Counted from the whole stretch's first letter, positions 11,804 through 26,491 are shown. The stretch is 62,447 bases of DNA, filler included, from Choristocarpus tenellus KU-1152 (GCA_964200185.2; 13 parts of 13 records of this genome joined end to end with filler, not necessarily neighbours in it), one strand, 5' to 3'. Notes: a model not told the origin generated them from the sequence alone. Translations and numbers: made by a program.

Positions 11804-14800
11804 GGGGGCGGGGGTGGGGGGGGGGGGGGGGGTTGGGGGGGGGGGGGGGGGGGGGGGGGGTTGTTGGGGGGGGGGGGGGGGGGGGGGGGGCACGGGAGGT
11901 GGACGTTGTGCAACGAGGAGGACCCGAGGGGATCCCACCACAAGAGCACTGTCCTTTCTTCTTGACAGGGCAAGAACTCTCCGGCCTCGGGCCTTTGTCC
12001 TCCCTGCTGCTATTCGTGATGTTGATCATGCTGTAGCGAGCTTCCTGTCCTCTTCCCCTTCTTACAACTCCTCCCCCTCCCTCAGCTGCGGAGCAGGACT
12101 GGGTCTGGAGGTCAGTGGTTCCCGGTTTGCGCTAGTTCCAACAGGTGGCGCCAATGCCAGCTCAAGCTTGGATGTGATGACGGCAAAGGCTGGGGCCGGA
12201 GCGGGAGCTGGAGCTGGAGTGGGCACAGCGGTGGGGCTGAGTGCTGTGGGTGATGGTACAGAGGAAGAGGTCATGGAGATTAGCCAAGATCTATTGCAGG
12301 GCTTTGCAATGTTCACAGAGGTAGAGCTGGAGTCCTGTGCCCGTTGCCGGCGGTTGGGAGGTGCCCGAAAGGGGGGGGGACTTAAGCGCAGGGGTGGTGG
12401 CAACAACAGCAGAATGAATCACTCAAGGAGGCCACAAGGAGGTGGTGAGAGGTTGGGGAGTAGGAAAAGGAGGAATGGGGGGAGGCCCCATTGTATGGAT
12501 AACGCTTTGTATTGGGTATGATAGTGTATGGGGGCAGGGCTACTCTGAAGTCATGTTCTTGTGACAAGAGGATTACGATGATATGAGGAATGCTGATGGT
12601 GAATATTTTGTTTTTTTGTTGAGTGCTATTCTTTTCTGCACCCTCTTCCTATCTTTCTATTGGGTTGATGTCTTGGGTCATGGGATATAGAGCTACAGAG
12701 CACAACATTAGAGAAAGTCCAACGCTTCAAACTAATTAAAGTCATCAATAGTACACCCATACAATTGATGTGTGTTGATGGCCGTCTCACTCATATCCAA
12801 AATGTTGTGCCAGGTTGACCATTCGCTCTCGCTCAAGTCCTCATTGCTCTCCTTCATTCCCTTGTTCTGGCTTTGTTGTTTTCAGGTATGAGAAGTGCAA
12901 GCCACTCCCACCGCATGTCCATTGGTGATGCTGCTCAGGTACCGGAGGAAGTAGAAACGATCACCACCCTGAAAGATGTCTCTAGGAAGGATCGAAGGCA
13001 ACGCCTGGATCAGAGGAAGATGCGGTGAGTGGAACGAGGGAGGGCAGGGGCAAGCAGGAGCTGGGGGGCAGGGTGCGTTGTTGCAATGCACGGGCTAGGG
13101 TCGGTATGCCTGGTTATAGGTTGTTGTTTGGCCTGTCGGGGCTATTGCTTTTGAGTTATCAGTTTGATACATCTGTTAAGTACTGTGGAGTGTAAATTGG
13201 GACACTTTAGGAGAAGGTCGATACCTGTAGTGTGGTAGAGGAAAAAATATATTTTTCAAGTAGGTTAAGTTGGATATCCTTGTTTGCTAGTTTGATGAGT
13301 TTGACTTTGGCATACTGAAAGTACCTGGATTTTGAGTTGTGTGCAATAGTTGGAGCTTTTGAATAGTTGAAGTGTAGTCATTTGCTGATGTTAACAGTAT
13401 TATACTCCTAACCTGTAAATGTTGAGATTGTTTTCATTTGAATCGTGGGGATTTAACTCTTTTTTGTAGAAACACTCTCCGGGAACAGAAAAATAGTCAA
13501 TATACTGTATCCATGGGCAAGCTTACAGTCAGCAGTAGTTGGGCATAGTTGGAGTCGCGACTACTGGGATGCATGACAAAGATGTCATCGGTGCTTGCTA
13601 TGCTTTTCCCACTACTTTGTGGTTTGCTCCTTTTTGGCATTTTAGTATTGATTCATTTCACATCACTCTTTTTCCAACGGCACATGTATCACCTCACCTA
13701 AGGTACAGTATACTAGAATGAACAATGATACCCCAAATGCCATGCATCCCCTCACAGCAGAAATCTGAGTGCTTCCTTCCCCCCCCACCCCTCTTGCCCA
13801 GCCCTGTGCCTGGTCTTGGTTGACCCTCCACCTCCTCCACAATTTTGCATCTATTTTGTATTGTTTGCATATTTAATTACAATCACAACAGTATCCAGAG
13901 CCAGGATTTAGTGGATGCTGGCCTGCTGAATATGGATGTCCTCCAGAGTCGAAAAAAGAAGCTGCGGTTTGGGAGATCGTCTGTCCACGCCTGGGGGGTC
14001 TTTGCGGATGAGCCCATTGCTGCTGGCGAGCTGGTTGTTGAATACAGGTAAGACTAGACACTGTGATAGTGTCTTTGATATGATTGTAAGTGTTCGCTAC
14101 CTTAGTTTTTACTCAGAGTAGTAAGTGATGTAGAATCTCCCCCCCCCTCTTCCTGTATATTCTAGGCTCCACTCACTGGTGTGTAAAATTGTACCTCAAT
14201 TTTTGTGGCCAGCTCTTTGTTAAGGTCCATTGCTTAAACCCCCATTTGTTGCTACCACCATACCATTCTGTTATGTTGGTTTGCTTGCCATTTGCGTTTG
14301 TTTGAGCTTCTTGAGTTGCAAGATTTGTTGCGAAACCCTGATTGGGGTTGGGAAGGGGTGGGGGGGGGATTTGAGGAAGGTGGCAGACCTTCCCTGTGCT
14401 GGCTTGATTTTTTATTTACTTGTAAAAATTATTTCTTAGTATCTAGGAAGGGATGCCTGTCTTTGTGGGGAGGTGGTACCGTACAGAACCTCTTATGTCA
14501 GGGATGAGACATTACTCCCTGGGAATAACTGTCGATCTTCCTGAGATAGGAAATACTAGCCAATAAGAGAATGCTGTCAATCCCAACCTTTGCGTGTCCT
14601 TACACATCATTTCCAGTAACATTAAATCCCTACTGCGAATGGGAATTACTTGGCTTGGCAGGGGTGAGATAATCCGAAACACAGTGGCAGACATGCGAGA
14701 GAAGCTGTACGAGGAGATGCAGATTGGGAGTGACTACATGTTCCGGGTGGATGAGGATGTGGTAGTTGATGCGACGTTTCGTGGTAGCCTGGCACGCTTC

Positions 14801-15001
14801 ATCAACCATAGCTGTGACCCGAACTGCAACACTCGTATCATCGCGGTGGATGGCAGCAAGAAGATAGTCATTTATGCCAAGCGGTGTGTGGAGAGGGGGG
14901 AGGAGCTGACCTACGACTACAAGTTTCCCCTGGAGGCTAACGAAGAGGACAGGGTGCCGTGTCACTGTGGTTCTGAGAAGTGTCGAAAGTACATAAACTA
15001 G
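11804..15001 (+). CDS. SET1: SET1/COMPASS-type histone H3K4 methyltransferase, 3' part (spliced, 5' end off contig). Predicted exons <11900-12444, 12886-13024, 13892-14047, 14662-15001
   Basis: Phase-consistent GT-AG introns (first donor least certain). WIN-like SCARC, n-SET-like [18 protein letters not shown] motifs [51 protein letters not shown], and post-[16 protein letters not shown]. Confidence 0.92.
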
Positions 15002-16737
15002 GAGTTTACACATGCACATAGAACACAAGGCAAGGTTAATGTTGGTGACAGTTTCATGTGTGTGGTGGACGTTGTCGAGGCAGATTGGGGTGTGTACAGG
15101 AGCTGATGAAAGAGCCAAGTGATGCTCGCTCCACCAGTGAGTTCAAGGTCCAGTTTTCGTGTTTTTGTGTGGAGACTGCTGCGTTGGTGGGAACACTGGG
15201 AACGTGTTGTGTGTGTCTGTACGTGCATTTGTTAGTGCTGTACGAGTAATTTCAGATAGATGGCTTTCTTGTGTGTCCTCATGCAGGAATTGAACAGGTG
15301 CTCTGAAGTATGCTACAAAGGTACTAATAGTATACTGCAGTATCCAACATGGGAAGAATAGTATAGTATTATATCGGGCATCCCTTCCACATTGGCAATA
15401 TATGGGAGGTGATGAACAATGAGCTTACCAGCAGGTATACAGTGCCACTCTAGGTTGACTGATGTAGATTCCTTGTGGGAGTGATTGTTTGTGGGATCCA
15501 TGCGAGTGGTCTGGTTGGTATCAAGACTGGCTAGTGGTTGTGGTGATATCAGAGATAAGTTATTGCATTTTGCTTCTTCTCTAGGGTGGCACACATGGTG
15601 CATATTTTAGGGTGCATTCAGAAGATTAGGTGAACTCAGGGAAGTGACAAAATGCACTGTAATTTGTTAGTGTTTTGACTTTACTTGTTGGTTAGTATAT
15701 TATTGGTTGTTGTATGTATGGGTGTGGTTTGTGCAGTATGTGTGTTTCGTTTGCTTGATGTGCCCCCAGCCACCAGCCACTTACGTTTTTGATTGTTTGC
15801 ATCTCTAGTGTGGTTTGTGGACATATCTAGGCACACCCCCACCCTTCCCCCCTTGCATGCTTTGGTCCCAGCGCACGGGGTTGGGCACAGTCAGTCATGA
15901 CAAGCACAAACGAAACAATACCAATACAATATTGGCTGTGTAACATAATATGAATTATGTACATCATAGAGAAACTCAATGCATTCAGGTCGTCACCTGT
16001 GCATTGGAAGGTGACCTTCCATCGTCAATGGGAGTATATGCAAAACCTTTACTCACAGATACAGATACACCCGTCCGACCACTCACAAAATACGTAACTC
16101 AATGGATTATTTGGAATATTTACAGACCGTTCAAACCCTGAAGATCACGATGAGGTGGGAAATTAACGAATCATCTGCGACTACTGAATAACGCATAAAT
16201 GTGTCATTCTGTATGTAGTACATAATTTACGTGTATATAATTGGTAAATGCTGCTGCTGCGCTATTTTGACTGGTTGGCGTAAGACACCCACAAGTAGTC
16301 TGTCCACTCACACACGCATGTAGGAGCGCATTCATTTGTATCCACTGTATCCATCAGTTGAAACGCAGGAAATTGAGGTGGTGTGCAAACTGTAAACTGG
16401 ATCGTGTGCCGACTGGTTCAGGTGAAACGTGTCTCAACTGGGGAAGGGGCTGGGTCTATCGAGATTTTAAACTGGCCAGGTCACAGACGGGCTCACAACC
16501 CTGGTCCGGTGAACAAGCTTGATATTTTTAGATTATTCGTTACTATTTCAAATATTCAAGTACTATTTGTGCATTTTGCTGTGTGGGGCATGAATGGGGC
16601 ACACATCTTGTACCGCTGACGTTTTTCTGTGGTGTGTGTGTGTGTTGTGTATTTTTTCCATCCTTGCAAGGAAAGTTACTTCGCTTGGGGAAAATTGGAT
16701 GATCATGTGGTGCACGCTTCCACAACTAACAGGTAGA

Positions 16738-17305
<568 letters not shown>

Positions 17306-18797
17306 AACTCTGGGCACCTCTCGCTTACGTTGACTCTGTGGGAGTAGTAATCAGGCCTCATGTCAATACAATATGATGACAAAGTACATGGTAACGACCA
17401 ACTGTAAAACGTCAGAGGTTTGGGGTTGAGTGGGCACCACACCACCAAGGAACAAGTGGCACTTCTACAGGAGATAGATATATGGTCATACCATGACATT
17501 TTTTCCACTCAAGATTCTCTTTCTCCCTTTATCCCAAGGTCACTCATAAGAAGACTGTAACCTTGATTCTCCAGAAGAGGAATCCCATGAAGCATGCATA
17601 CATGTGATTTGCAAAAAAATCCTACCTGTACGTTGTCAATAATATATGTACGCATCCAGCATATGTTACTAATCCTGTGTGGTACTGCTCCAGGATTGTG
17701 CCCTCCTGTTCAAGAGTCCAGGAATAGCAGCTGCATGAAGCAAGTGCATTTTGTAGTGTACTTTTGTTGGTTGGAATTGTGGCAATGCGATCCATGAGGG
17801 CTATCAAATGGTATAACCCTCCCCCACTCTCCACAGGAAGGGAGAAAACGTCAGTATACAATGAGCAATATATTAGAGTATTAATTCAACAACAACATCA
17901 CCTGACTGGTTCATTCTCCACCAGAATACATCACGAATGGGGTATGTGTCCTATAATAGAACCAACCACCCCTCCCATTCAAATTTACACGATGTTCGGA
18001 ATTGTTCCAAAATGTAATACGGCGCTTGTGTATGAGTATACCCGCACAGAGAATGATTGTGTCCGCTCTTTTCAGACATGTAGTATTGAATTAGAAAGAA
18101 AATTCGATGACTGCAGGCATCATCAAAGATGCAACACTGTACTTGGGATAGCTACAAAACACAAGAAGTACACCAGTATGAGTGAGTGTGGGGTGACGTT
18201 CACTATCATACACATAGGTGACGAATACCTCTCTTCATTTTGTATCACTTCCACCAAGAAAACAGCCTTTTTTTTCACCTCATTAGAACTAAAGGCTATT
18301 CAAATGTCAAAGCAAAGAAATCTCATTGTGATGACAAGCATCGATCCTGTATTTGAACAGGAGCATTTGCTTACTGTCAAATAAGGACAAAAAAATACTG
18401 CATAAGGCTGGATCACATATTGTCATTATTCTTGATGGCAAGAAAGGAGGCAACAAGCAATTGCAGACACAACTGAAACTCCACATTTCCAGATAGACAC
18501 AAAGAGTACAGGTTTGCTAACATGTTTCAGGGCAAACACGTAAGAGCACATGTAGAGTTTTACTCCATACTCTATCCAAATTTGACAAAAATCCTTGTTT
18601 TAAGTACAAACACTGGATGATCCAACCAAAACCCCCCAAAAATCTTGAATAGTGATAAAAATCACAAAAAACCTAGAACTAAGAAAAAATGGTAAACACA
18701 AAAAACCCCAAGGAGTTTGTGTGTATGGAATGTTCCCCTTACCCAGAGAAATCTGTTCACCCTGAAAAGATATCTCCCAAAAATACGTTAAGTTACA

Positions 18798-18906
18798 GAG
18801 TCGAAGTATCTTAGAGGGTAGGGCCGCGTCCATTTGGGGGGCCGAAACCTATTGTTGCGATTTTGATGTAATTTCGGCTATCACGTTTGTTAGGAAGTGT
18901 CAATAT
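18798..18906. mobile_element. MITE family A, partial (cut by contig end)
   Basis: GAGTCGAAGTATCTTAGAGGGTAG terminus plus internal match to the full copies. Confidence 0.85.
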
Positions 18907-19006
18907 NNNNNNNNNNNNNNNNNNNNNNNNNNNNNNNNNNNNNNNNNNNNTTAATTAATTAANNNNNNNNNNNNNNNNNNNNNNNNNNNNNNNNNNNNNN
19001 NNNNNN

Positions 19007-19056
<50 letters not shown>

Positions 19057-20499
19057 CTGCATTTCCAGAGCATGTGCTGTGTGTGCATGGGGTAGTGTCT
19101 TAACAAGAAGAAAAATAAATTAAGAAAGAAAAGAAAAAAAGACTTGTGAAAGGGGGTTGAAATCAACCTTATACAAGAAGATAGTAGATTAATTTTTTCA
19201 CAGTCAAGGGAGAGCTCAGCATCCTGCCAGTGTAAGCAAGAAGAGCGCTGAGCTGATGTGTCGGCCAGGGTAGCAACACCTAACACTTTAAGGACCAAAT
19301 AGGCTATACTAAAGCATGGACTCCGTGCGCTGTGTTCAAGTGTGGGTGCATCAACCCAGGTCTTTCTTCCTCACTCTGGGTTGATGGGTAGGACATTGAT
19401 CCACTATTCGATTTCCTGTTTTCCTCTACTATCGTGTACCTGTTCATAGTAGCATATATATTTGATGTATTATATATTATATTTTTTTTATGCTGGCGAT
19501 ACACGTCCGAATCCGTTTTTTTTATAATAAAAAATAAACGATGTCAGCATCCCGTGAGGGGAGTTCAAAAAAAAGAGTTCTGTCGACCATTTCTCTCTTT
19601 TTTTCTTTTATATATATATATTTTTTTTTTGTCAGAGAGGGAGGTTAATTTTATCGGAAAATGCCAAATAGTAGAAAATACGTCATTTTTTGTTGAAACT
19701 TTTTTTGTAATTATCGAAAAGTTTGGTCATGTTTTATTATTTTGTACTTTTTTTGTAAAAATAAATGTTTTGTTCCCGATGAGGAAGGTAGTGCTTCTGA
19801 CCTCTCCCCGTATTCGACGGGTCTCTGATCTTAGGTAGCACACACAGCTTCAGGATCGCGCTATTGGATGTCTAAATTCGGGAGGGTGCACAAGAGTATA
19901 CCTGTGTTCCGAAAAAAAAGAAAAGAAAAAAAACAGAACAGAACAGAAGAGAACTCAGAATCCCTCTCGAATAAAGCCCTTCAAACACCGTAGTCCTTTA
20001 TTTGTTGTCTCTTCTAGATGTGTGCTATGATCCCGATCAAAGTTGGTTAGATGATACTTGTCCTGCCCACAGTACTCTCCGCTGAAAGAAATTCAAGCAT
20101 CTTTCTAGCTTTTTGTCGGTGTGTGTGTGTGTGTGTTTGTGTGTGTGCTATAAAAAAATTTGTAACTGTAATCTAATCTCTTTGTGCATGGGCGAGGAAA
20201 TTTCCCTGTTCGCTTTCAGGTGCATTCTAATGCAAACACACGCCTTCCATGTGTGGTAGGTAATCACCGAATCATATTTTTGCCCTACTTCTCTAGCGAC
20301 TCGAATGTGACTCATGCACTGATTTTTATTCAGTGAGTGTCTGATAATCTGATAATTCAGTGAGCAAGACACGAAACACAAAACACAACGAGAGAGTGGG
20401 TATAGAAGAAAGAGAAAGGACGAAAAGCAGTCGAGATAGTTACTAAGTAAAAGAGGATAGTGATGGTGATGGTGATGGTGACTCACCATCAAGTTAAGA

Positions 20500-20640
20500 A
20501 GCTCCACTTGGGAATCGAACCCTGGGCGTCAATGGTAGAAATCACAGGCTAGGACTCCCCCGTAGGCTGACCTGATGACACCATTGTATCTGCCTGTCTG
20601 ACAAAATCAGAGGTTGTGGGATCAAGTCCCGGCTGCCTGT
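20500..20640. pseudogene. Degenerate tRNA-like fragments (possible SINE remnants)
   Basis: GGGAATCGAACCC (reverse B-box/T-arm) at ~20510-20522, and TCTGAcaaaaTCAGA-GGTTGTGGGATCAAGTCCC (anticodon-arm and T-arm-like) at ~20597-20630. No complete cloverleaf. Confidence 0.35.
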
Positions 20641-21680
20641 GTTGGGAGGAGAATATATATATATATATTGAGGGAAGGGTCCTGGAACGGTCTCGAAGGG
20701 AACCACCGGGATAAAGATGCGGTGGTAATACGGCAATGAACAGTCGGTATCATTTATTTTTTTTAATGTCTTGAGACATATTCACTTTTGATTGGATACC
20801 ACGTGGTTTTGGTCTATATATACAATGAAGAAACAACGAGCCTAAAAATGTTGAAAAATAAATAAATGAAAACGATAGAAAACTGTCTTCTCTGCCTTGA
20901 TTAATAATCTATTTTGGGATATATTATATATTGCATTCATCTATCCCGAAGTTTTGACAGGAGGGGGGCGTCCCGCGGACTGACTCTCTTGTCCACAACG
21001 CCTTCCGGTGTGCGTGAAAACCGGCAGTGTTGTTGCGTTTGTAGTAGTGTAGTTGACGTGGTGTGTATGTACAGCGCGAGTCTAGAGGAAAGACACAGTC
21101 AAGGGGCTGTGGTTCGTTCACTTCAGCGTTTTTTTCGGGGGAGGTGTGAGAGTACACCTCATTCCGATTTATCAATCCCCTTATTTTTTTTTATGAGTTT
21201 GGTCATCACCGATTCCTGATTTCTCCTCAGCTTAGGCTGTACGTCGAGTGCGTTTTTGAGTCTTTTTACTTAAGTACCTGGTTTCGACAACAAGAGAATA
21301 ATAAAGGTTTCCCAATGCCTTGGTGTGCGTTTGAATATGTTGTCTTCCTTTGTGTATATATATATATATACCCTCTTGCACCTGTAACCTCCCCCCTTGG
21401 CCCTTGCCCACATCCACTTGGTTTCAACAGGTGTGTGCTAAGAAGTTCATTGTAATTGTAGATGACTCCAAGTTTGTCCCTGGCCTGGGTATCTCCGGGT
21501 GAGCAGCAAGGCACAGTGTGGTTTTCGGGGGAGGGGGGGGGGGGGGGGGTTATTCCCCAATCGTTTTTTGTTACTAGAAGNNNNNNNNNNNNNNNNNNNN
21601 NNNNNNNNNNNNNNNNNNNNNNNNTTAATTAATTAANNNNNNNNNNNNNNNNNNNNNNNNNNNNNNNNNNNNNNNNNNNN

Positions 21681-21752
21681 CTTTTCCTAGTTACGGTCCA
21701 AATGGGCACCCTAGTGTTGACCCCCTCCCCCCCCCCCAAGATACTTTGGGTC
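21681..21752. mobile_element. MITE family B, right end (cut by contig start)
   Basis: ...caaatgggcaccctagtgttgacccc..CCAAGATACTTTGGGTC matches the full copies. Confidence 0.85.
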
Positions 21753-22061
21753 CCTTGGAATGAGAGTCCAGAAAGGGTTAGGACTTGGTGTTGGAACAGA
21801 ATATTATTATTTTGTGTGGGCATGTTGTAGCATCCACCCTTTGACCTCCAATTATGTGTTCATTAGATTTGATTACATATTTTTTATTTGGATTAAAAAG
21901 AACAATGGTTAGTGACAGAAGTTGAGGATCCTGTTGGCAGATTTTCTGCTTTGTATGTGGTGAGTGGTACTCCAGTAAAGCAGAAATCCCCAGAATCCTC
22001 AACTTCGGTTAAAATAAACCTTCAAACGCATCAAAATCAGGCGACTTGAACTCAAATCCAC

Positions 22062-22241
22062 GGCTCAAAGTATCTGGGGGGGGGTGGCAGCTGTCCATTC
22101 GGGGCCCATTTTTCGATGTTGCAATTTTTGGGTGATTTGGTTGCATGTGTCGGATGGACAACGAAAATGCACTTTTCCTGGTCAGGACCCAAATGGACAC
22201 CCTGGTGTAGACCCGCCCCCCTCTCCCAGATACTTTGAGCC
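22062..22241. mobile_element. MITE family B, full copy (~180 bp)
   Basis: TIRs GGCTCAAAGTATCTGGG...CCCAGATACTTTGAGCC; colinear with 50836-51011 and 55764-55940. Confidence 0.92.
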
Positions 22242-23625
22242 CCATTCAACCCACAACCAGTGAATACAGGGGACACATTCACATCGGTAGGTTCAGAGAG
22301 TCTCATACTTTCTCTGTTGTCATCCAGTCCTAATGGTAAGGGAGTCTCGAACATATGTCTGCGTTTGCAACCATGGTAGTTTCGGACAAGTCTGTATGGA
22401 TTCAAAGTGACTGAGCTGGACTCCCCTACCACGTTGACAGAGGGCATGGTCACAGCAACACCACTTCAGACAGTTGACCCTAACGATGTAGAATATAGGG
22501 TTGGTGTTAGTAGAGGGTGTTGAAGATGAATCACAGGAACAGTCATGGCAGTGCTCTAGATTGGATCCAACACATCTCTCAATTTCTGTTGGAAATGAAA
22601 ATCTTGTTTATCCATCTCTGGAGTTGATGTCTATGTTGTCCACTGAGCAAGAGGAGACTTTCTGTGATGTGTGCAATGGTGTTCCCTCCTTTCCCCGTGG
22701 TGCTCATTTTTGTTGCTTTCGCAAGGCCTAGTTTGACTTCTTCTCACCAACACAAGAGAGTGAACTTGGGGGTTGGTTGCAGATGACTGCATTGATGGAC
22801 CGGGTAATTGGTCCCCACTGGGAAATGGCCCTATTCCCGAATGCGAGCTTTGCGGAGAGAGACCCAAGCTTACTGTAACCCACTTGGAATCGTCGTTAGC
22901 AAAAAATGATGTCGTTACTACCGTTGCTGCTGGGATCTGTGTCCATAGCCTTCAGATATAATCCAACTGCAACACGATACCGAAGGTGTCCGTTATTTGT
23001 TTTTTTATATAGAGTATGGATTTTGCTTTAGAATGGTTTGACGACACACATGATTAGTTTGATGGGCGGTTGAATAATGGTCAGAATCGTTTTGTACATA
23101 TTGTCACGTGTATTGGGGGGGGGCAGTGTATAACATTGTTTGAATTGGCATTTTTTTTTTTAATGAGAGCATTATCGACCCTGTGTTTCAGGAAAAGAAG
23201 CAAAAAGTACGTCTGTGGAGCAAAAATATGTGCTGACAAAACCCAAATGAAACAGATAATGGAGATGAAATAGCAAAAGAAGAATTGTATGCAGCAAGAT
23301 GAGAAAGTCCACATACCTAGTTGTACGAACAAATGGTTCTAGTTTGTGCCAGGGCCAAAATACCAAGGTGTGTGTTGCTGTTGCCCCTCCATTCAGAGAG
23401 AGAAATACATCCTATCACCCATTGTATTGCTTACTCGTACAAAATAAAAAAGGTTTGTACCACTTGACTTTTTTTTTTCTTGTAGGCAATTTGTAGTACA
23501 CACAACTCTTGACGTATCTTGAACGTATGGTGCGATAGGGTACATATATTGAGTAAATTAAATTCTGGATACGTTGAAACGTAGTAGATCAATCATCGGG
23601 AAATAAAGTGGTATCAACTGAGGGT

Positions 23626-23885
23626 AGTGAGTCAAAGTACAAGAAGTACCCAGGTTCTGGCCGTTTTTGCATATCAAGTCTGTTTTGCAATGTTTTGCAA
23701 TTCGCCCATATTTCTGTGGATGAACTTCTAAGTTTGGCTTGAGAGCTTTTATTTCTCTATTTCTTTACTTTAAGGACATGATTCAGAACCTATCCTACGT
23801 ACATTTGCGAAAAAAAAAGAGACGAATTTTACACACACATGTCGGCACCCTTAAAATGTAACCCTGGATACCTCTCGTTTGTTTT
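23626..23885 (-). repeat. Unclassified decayed interspersed repeat (copy 2, homologous to 1330-1580)
   Basis: Shared nucleotide blocks and translated similarity: NERYPELHFKDGD vs NERYPGLHFKGAD, KLSTSSIEIRVNC vs KLRSSSTEIWANC. Confidence 0.6.
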
Positions 23886-24264
23886 GAAACACTAATAGAG
23901 GTCAGTACCAGTACCAGAGAAGTGTGGCCTTACAAAACCTCCCTGCGGCAGTCATTCCATTCCTTCTTCGATCCTCTTGCAAAACAGTTTGCACTAATAC
24001 ACAAGAAAATGCTGTTTCACCTCCAAGTGGGGTGGTAGTGAATGTTTCGATTACGTCAATATTCGTTTTGGGTCGACTTGCTGTTACTCCTTGTCGTCTG
24101 AAGCAAATATGGTCTGTGGTCAGCTTGTCAGTCAATAGATTCACCAATTTTGCGCATTTGAAGTTTGGCTAGACAACTCATCTCGTTTATTGAGTAACTT
24201 CTTGCCTTCCTTCTGGGCTTGCACCCAGAGGCCGTGTCAACTCTGAATACAATAGAGGGGATTG

Positions 24265-24523
24265 GAGTGAAAGTATCCTAGAGGGTAGGAGATTTCCCCT
24301 GTTTGTCCATTTGGGGCTTGGATCCCATGGGTTTTTTTATTACATTTTCCTACTCCAAAATGTTTAGGAGTACATACAAAGTGTATACGTTATGAAAAGG
24401 TGTGTCCGAAACATAGATATTGACACTTCCTAACAAACACGTAGCCAAAATTACATCAAAATCGCAACATTGGATTTTGACCCCCAAATGGACGCGGCTC
24501 TGCCCTCTAAGATACTTTGGCTC
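24265..24523. mobile_element. MITE family A, full copy (~258 bp)
   Basis: GAGTGAAAGTATCCTAGAGGGTA...CCCTCTAAGATACTTTGGCTC; internal hairpin cctactccaaaatgtttaggagta. Confidence 0.93.
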
Positions 24524-26023
24524 TTCGACTTCAAGGTAGGATACACACGTTTCAAAGGTGCTGATTGGGTAGATAAGTGAGTAGTTTATGCAACAGTATC
24601 CACCCTACTTGAGGTCCATATAGGTCTAAGACCTCTTGCCCTTTGATGACTGAAACTTGTGTCAAGTCAAACCAATTAAGTGGTAGGCAGGATTTCATCT
24701 TTAACAATCTCAAGAAAGGTGAGAACACGCCATTTTGTCCAATTGTGGAAAGTACATTTATTTTATTGTAGTGTCACTTTTGTTTGGAATAAGGGAATAT
24801 CCAGCTTGTGTACACTTTTGTAAACCTGAAGCAATGAAATAGAGCGCGTTGCACAGGGTATTAAAGGCGGCTTACAATTGCAAAAAAAATCCAATCCTGC
24901 CTACATCTCAATTTTTTCGGCTCTTTTTGATGATTCTTAGTTTATCGATTACCACAAACCCCACCAGGCATTCACACCGTTGTTCTTCAAGAGCCATCCC
25001 TTCCATTGCGTTCAAAGCACATAAATTTTCCTCATCCCCTCCCCACACATCTCTCTTTCTTGAGCAGGAGTGCACATCCGTACAAAATAACATTTTGTCT
25101 TTTACTTCATGTGGAGGGTGGTCTAGAAGTTGTCACCCTTCTCCGCTGTTATTTCTTATTGTAGGCAGCATACAACTCTATTCCTGATGTGTTTATTGGA
25201 TCCTCTGCCCATTATGTTCTTTTTCCCCTTATGAAAATATCTGCAAAATATATGGGGTCATCTAGCATGGCTGTGGGCCGGGCTGTGTTGTTGACATGTT
25301 CCAAAACACTTTGACAGCTATGAGCCGTCCCTATTAATAAAAATGGTATAGTAGTACTAGGCAGGCCCGTGACCTGGACATGGTGAGAAACAGCAACAGC
25401 ATCCTAGAGGGGGGTTGATTTTTGCCCTGTTGAGTGTAAGGGACCTAAGAAATCTTCTGTTGGATACTCCATACCCAAAACACAGCTAATCTCCATCAGG
25501 AGGTTGTGACTGTAGAAGAGGAAATCAACTTTGTCCTCACAAACGCAAAAGTGACTACAAGTGTGCTGGGAGCCCATGTACCACAAGGCCCTTACGTCAA
25601 TTGCTCCCCCCTCTAGGAATCTATGAGTCAGTAGTTGATCACCAATGATCAGCACCGGTGCAACATCTTAGTACCAGGCAAGTCCATATCCCAACTGTAT
25701 AGAAATAGCTGATGACCATGGACAAAAAAGCTTTCAAACTTGTCCTGTCCAGTCAAGATTAATTGGGTTAGCCAGTAAAATACTTCCTCTGTTCGGGATT
25801 AAATGTATCATAACTATTGCAACCTCCGTTTTCGCCCAATAATCAACCCACGCGATAAATGTTAAAGTATCCCCAAAATCATCAAAGAACATAAAGGTGA
25901 TAAACCTGGCGAGATTGCTTGGANNNNNNNNNNNNNNNNNNNNNNNNNNNNNNNNNNNNNNNNNNNNTTAATTAATTAANNNNNNNNNNNNNNNNNNNNN
26001 NNNNNNNNNNNNNNNNNNNNNNN

Positions 26024-26278
26024 CCCCCTCAGATACTTTGGGCCTATCTTAGAGGGTAGAGCCGCGTCCATTTGGGGGCCAAAATCCAATGTTGCGATTT
26101 TGGTGTAATTTTGGCTATCGTGTTTTTTTGGAGTGTCAATATCCTTGTTGTGGACACACCGTTTCATAACGTATATATTTCACCTAATCCAAAATCTATT
26201 TGGATTAGGAAAATGTCATAAGAAAAAAACGAGGGAGCCTAAGCCCCAAATCGACAAACAAGGTAAAACTAGTACCCT
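26024..26278. mobile_element. Right end of a family B MITE (26024-26044) nested in the terminus of a family A MITE (26045-~26278)
   Basis: ...CAGATACTTTGGGCC directly followed by TATCTTAGAGGGTAGAGCCGCGTCCATTTGGGGG (family A, missing its first ~9 bp). Confidence 0.8.
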
Positions 26279-26491
26279 ACACGATGGCTGCCACCGTCCC
26301 CCAAGGCATCAGAGTCTCATATCCTATCACCTCCAGACATCGCGCCACCACACTGTTCTTCGTCAGGGTGTTTGAGTCCTGATCCCAGATATACGTCTGG
26401 GTCAAAGAATTGGAACCGACAGCCGAGGGTGGGATGAGAGAGCCACTCAAACGAAAGGGAGCCTTCATCCTAGGTATCCCAATAAACGCTC

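Noticed and set aside
11748-12036. Poly-Pro/poly-Gly ORFs at contig ends (also 36255-36531 and 41535-41888)
   Set aside because: Translations of low-quality G/C homopolymer runs and Ns.
16400-16435. PTGSGET, resembling a helicase Walker A motif
   Set aside because: Lacks the catalytic Lys and sits in a short frame with no supporting motifs.
17764-18384. 206-aa plus-strand ORF next to the bacterial insert
   Set aside because: No recognisable motif or splice structure. Probably a chance frame in decayed repeat DNA; not shown to be bacterial.
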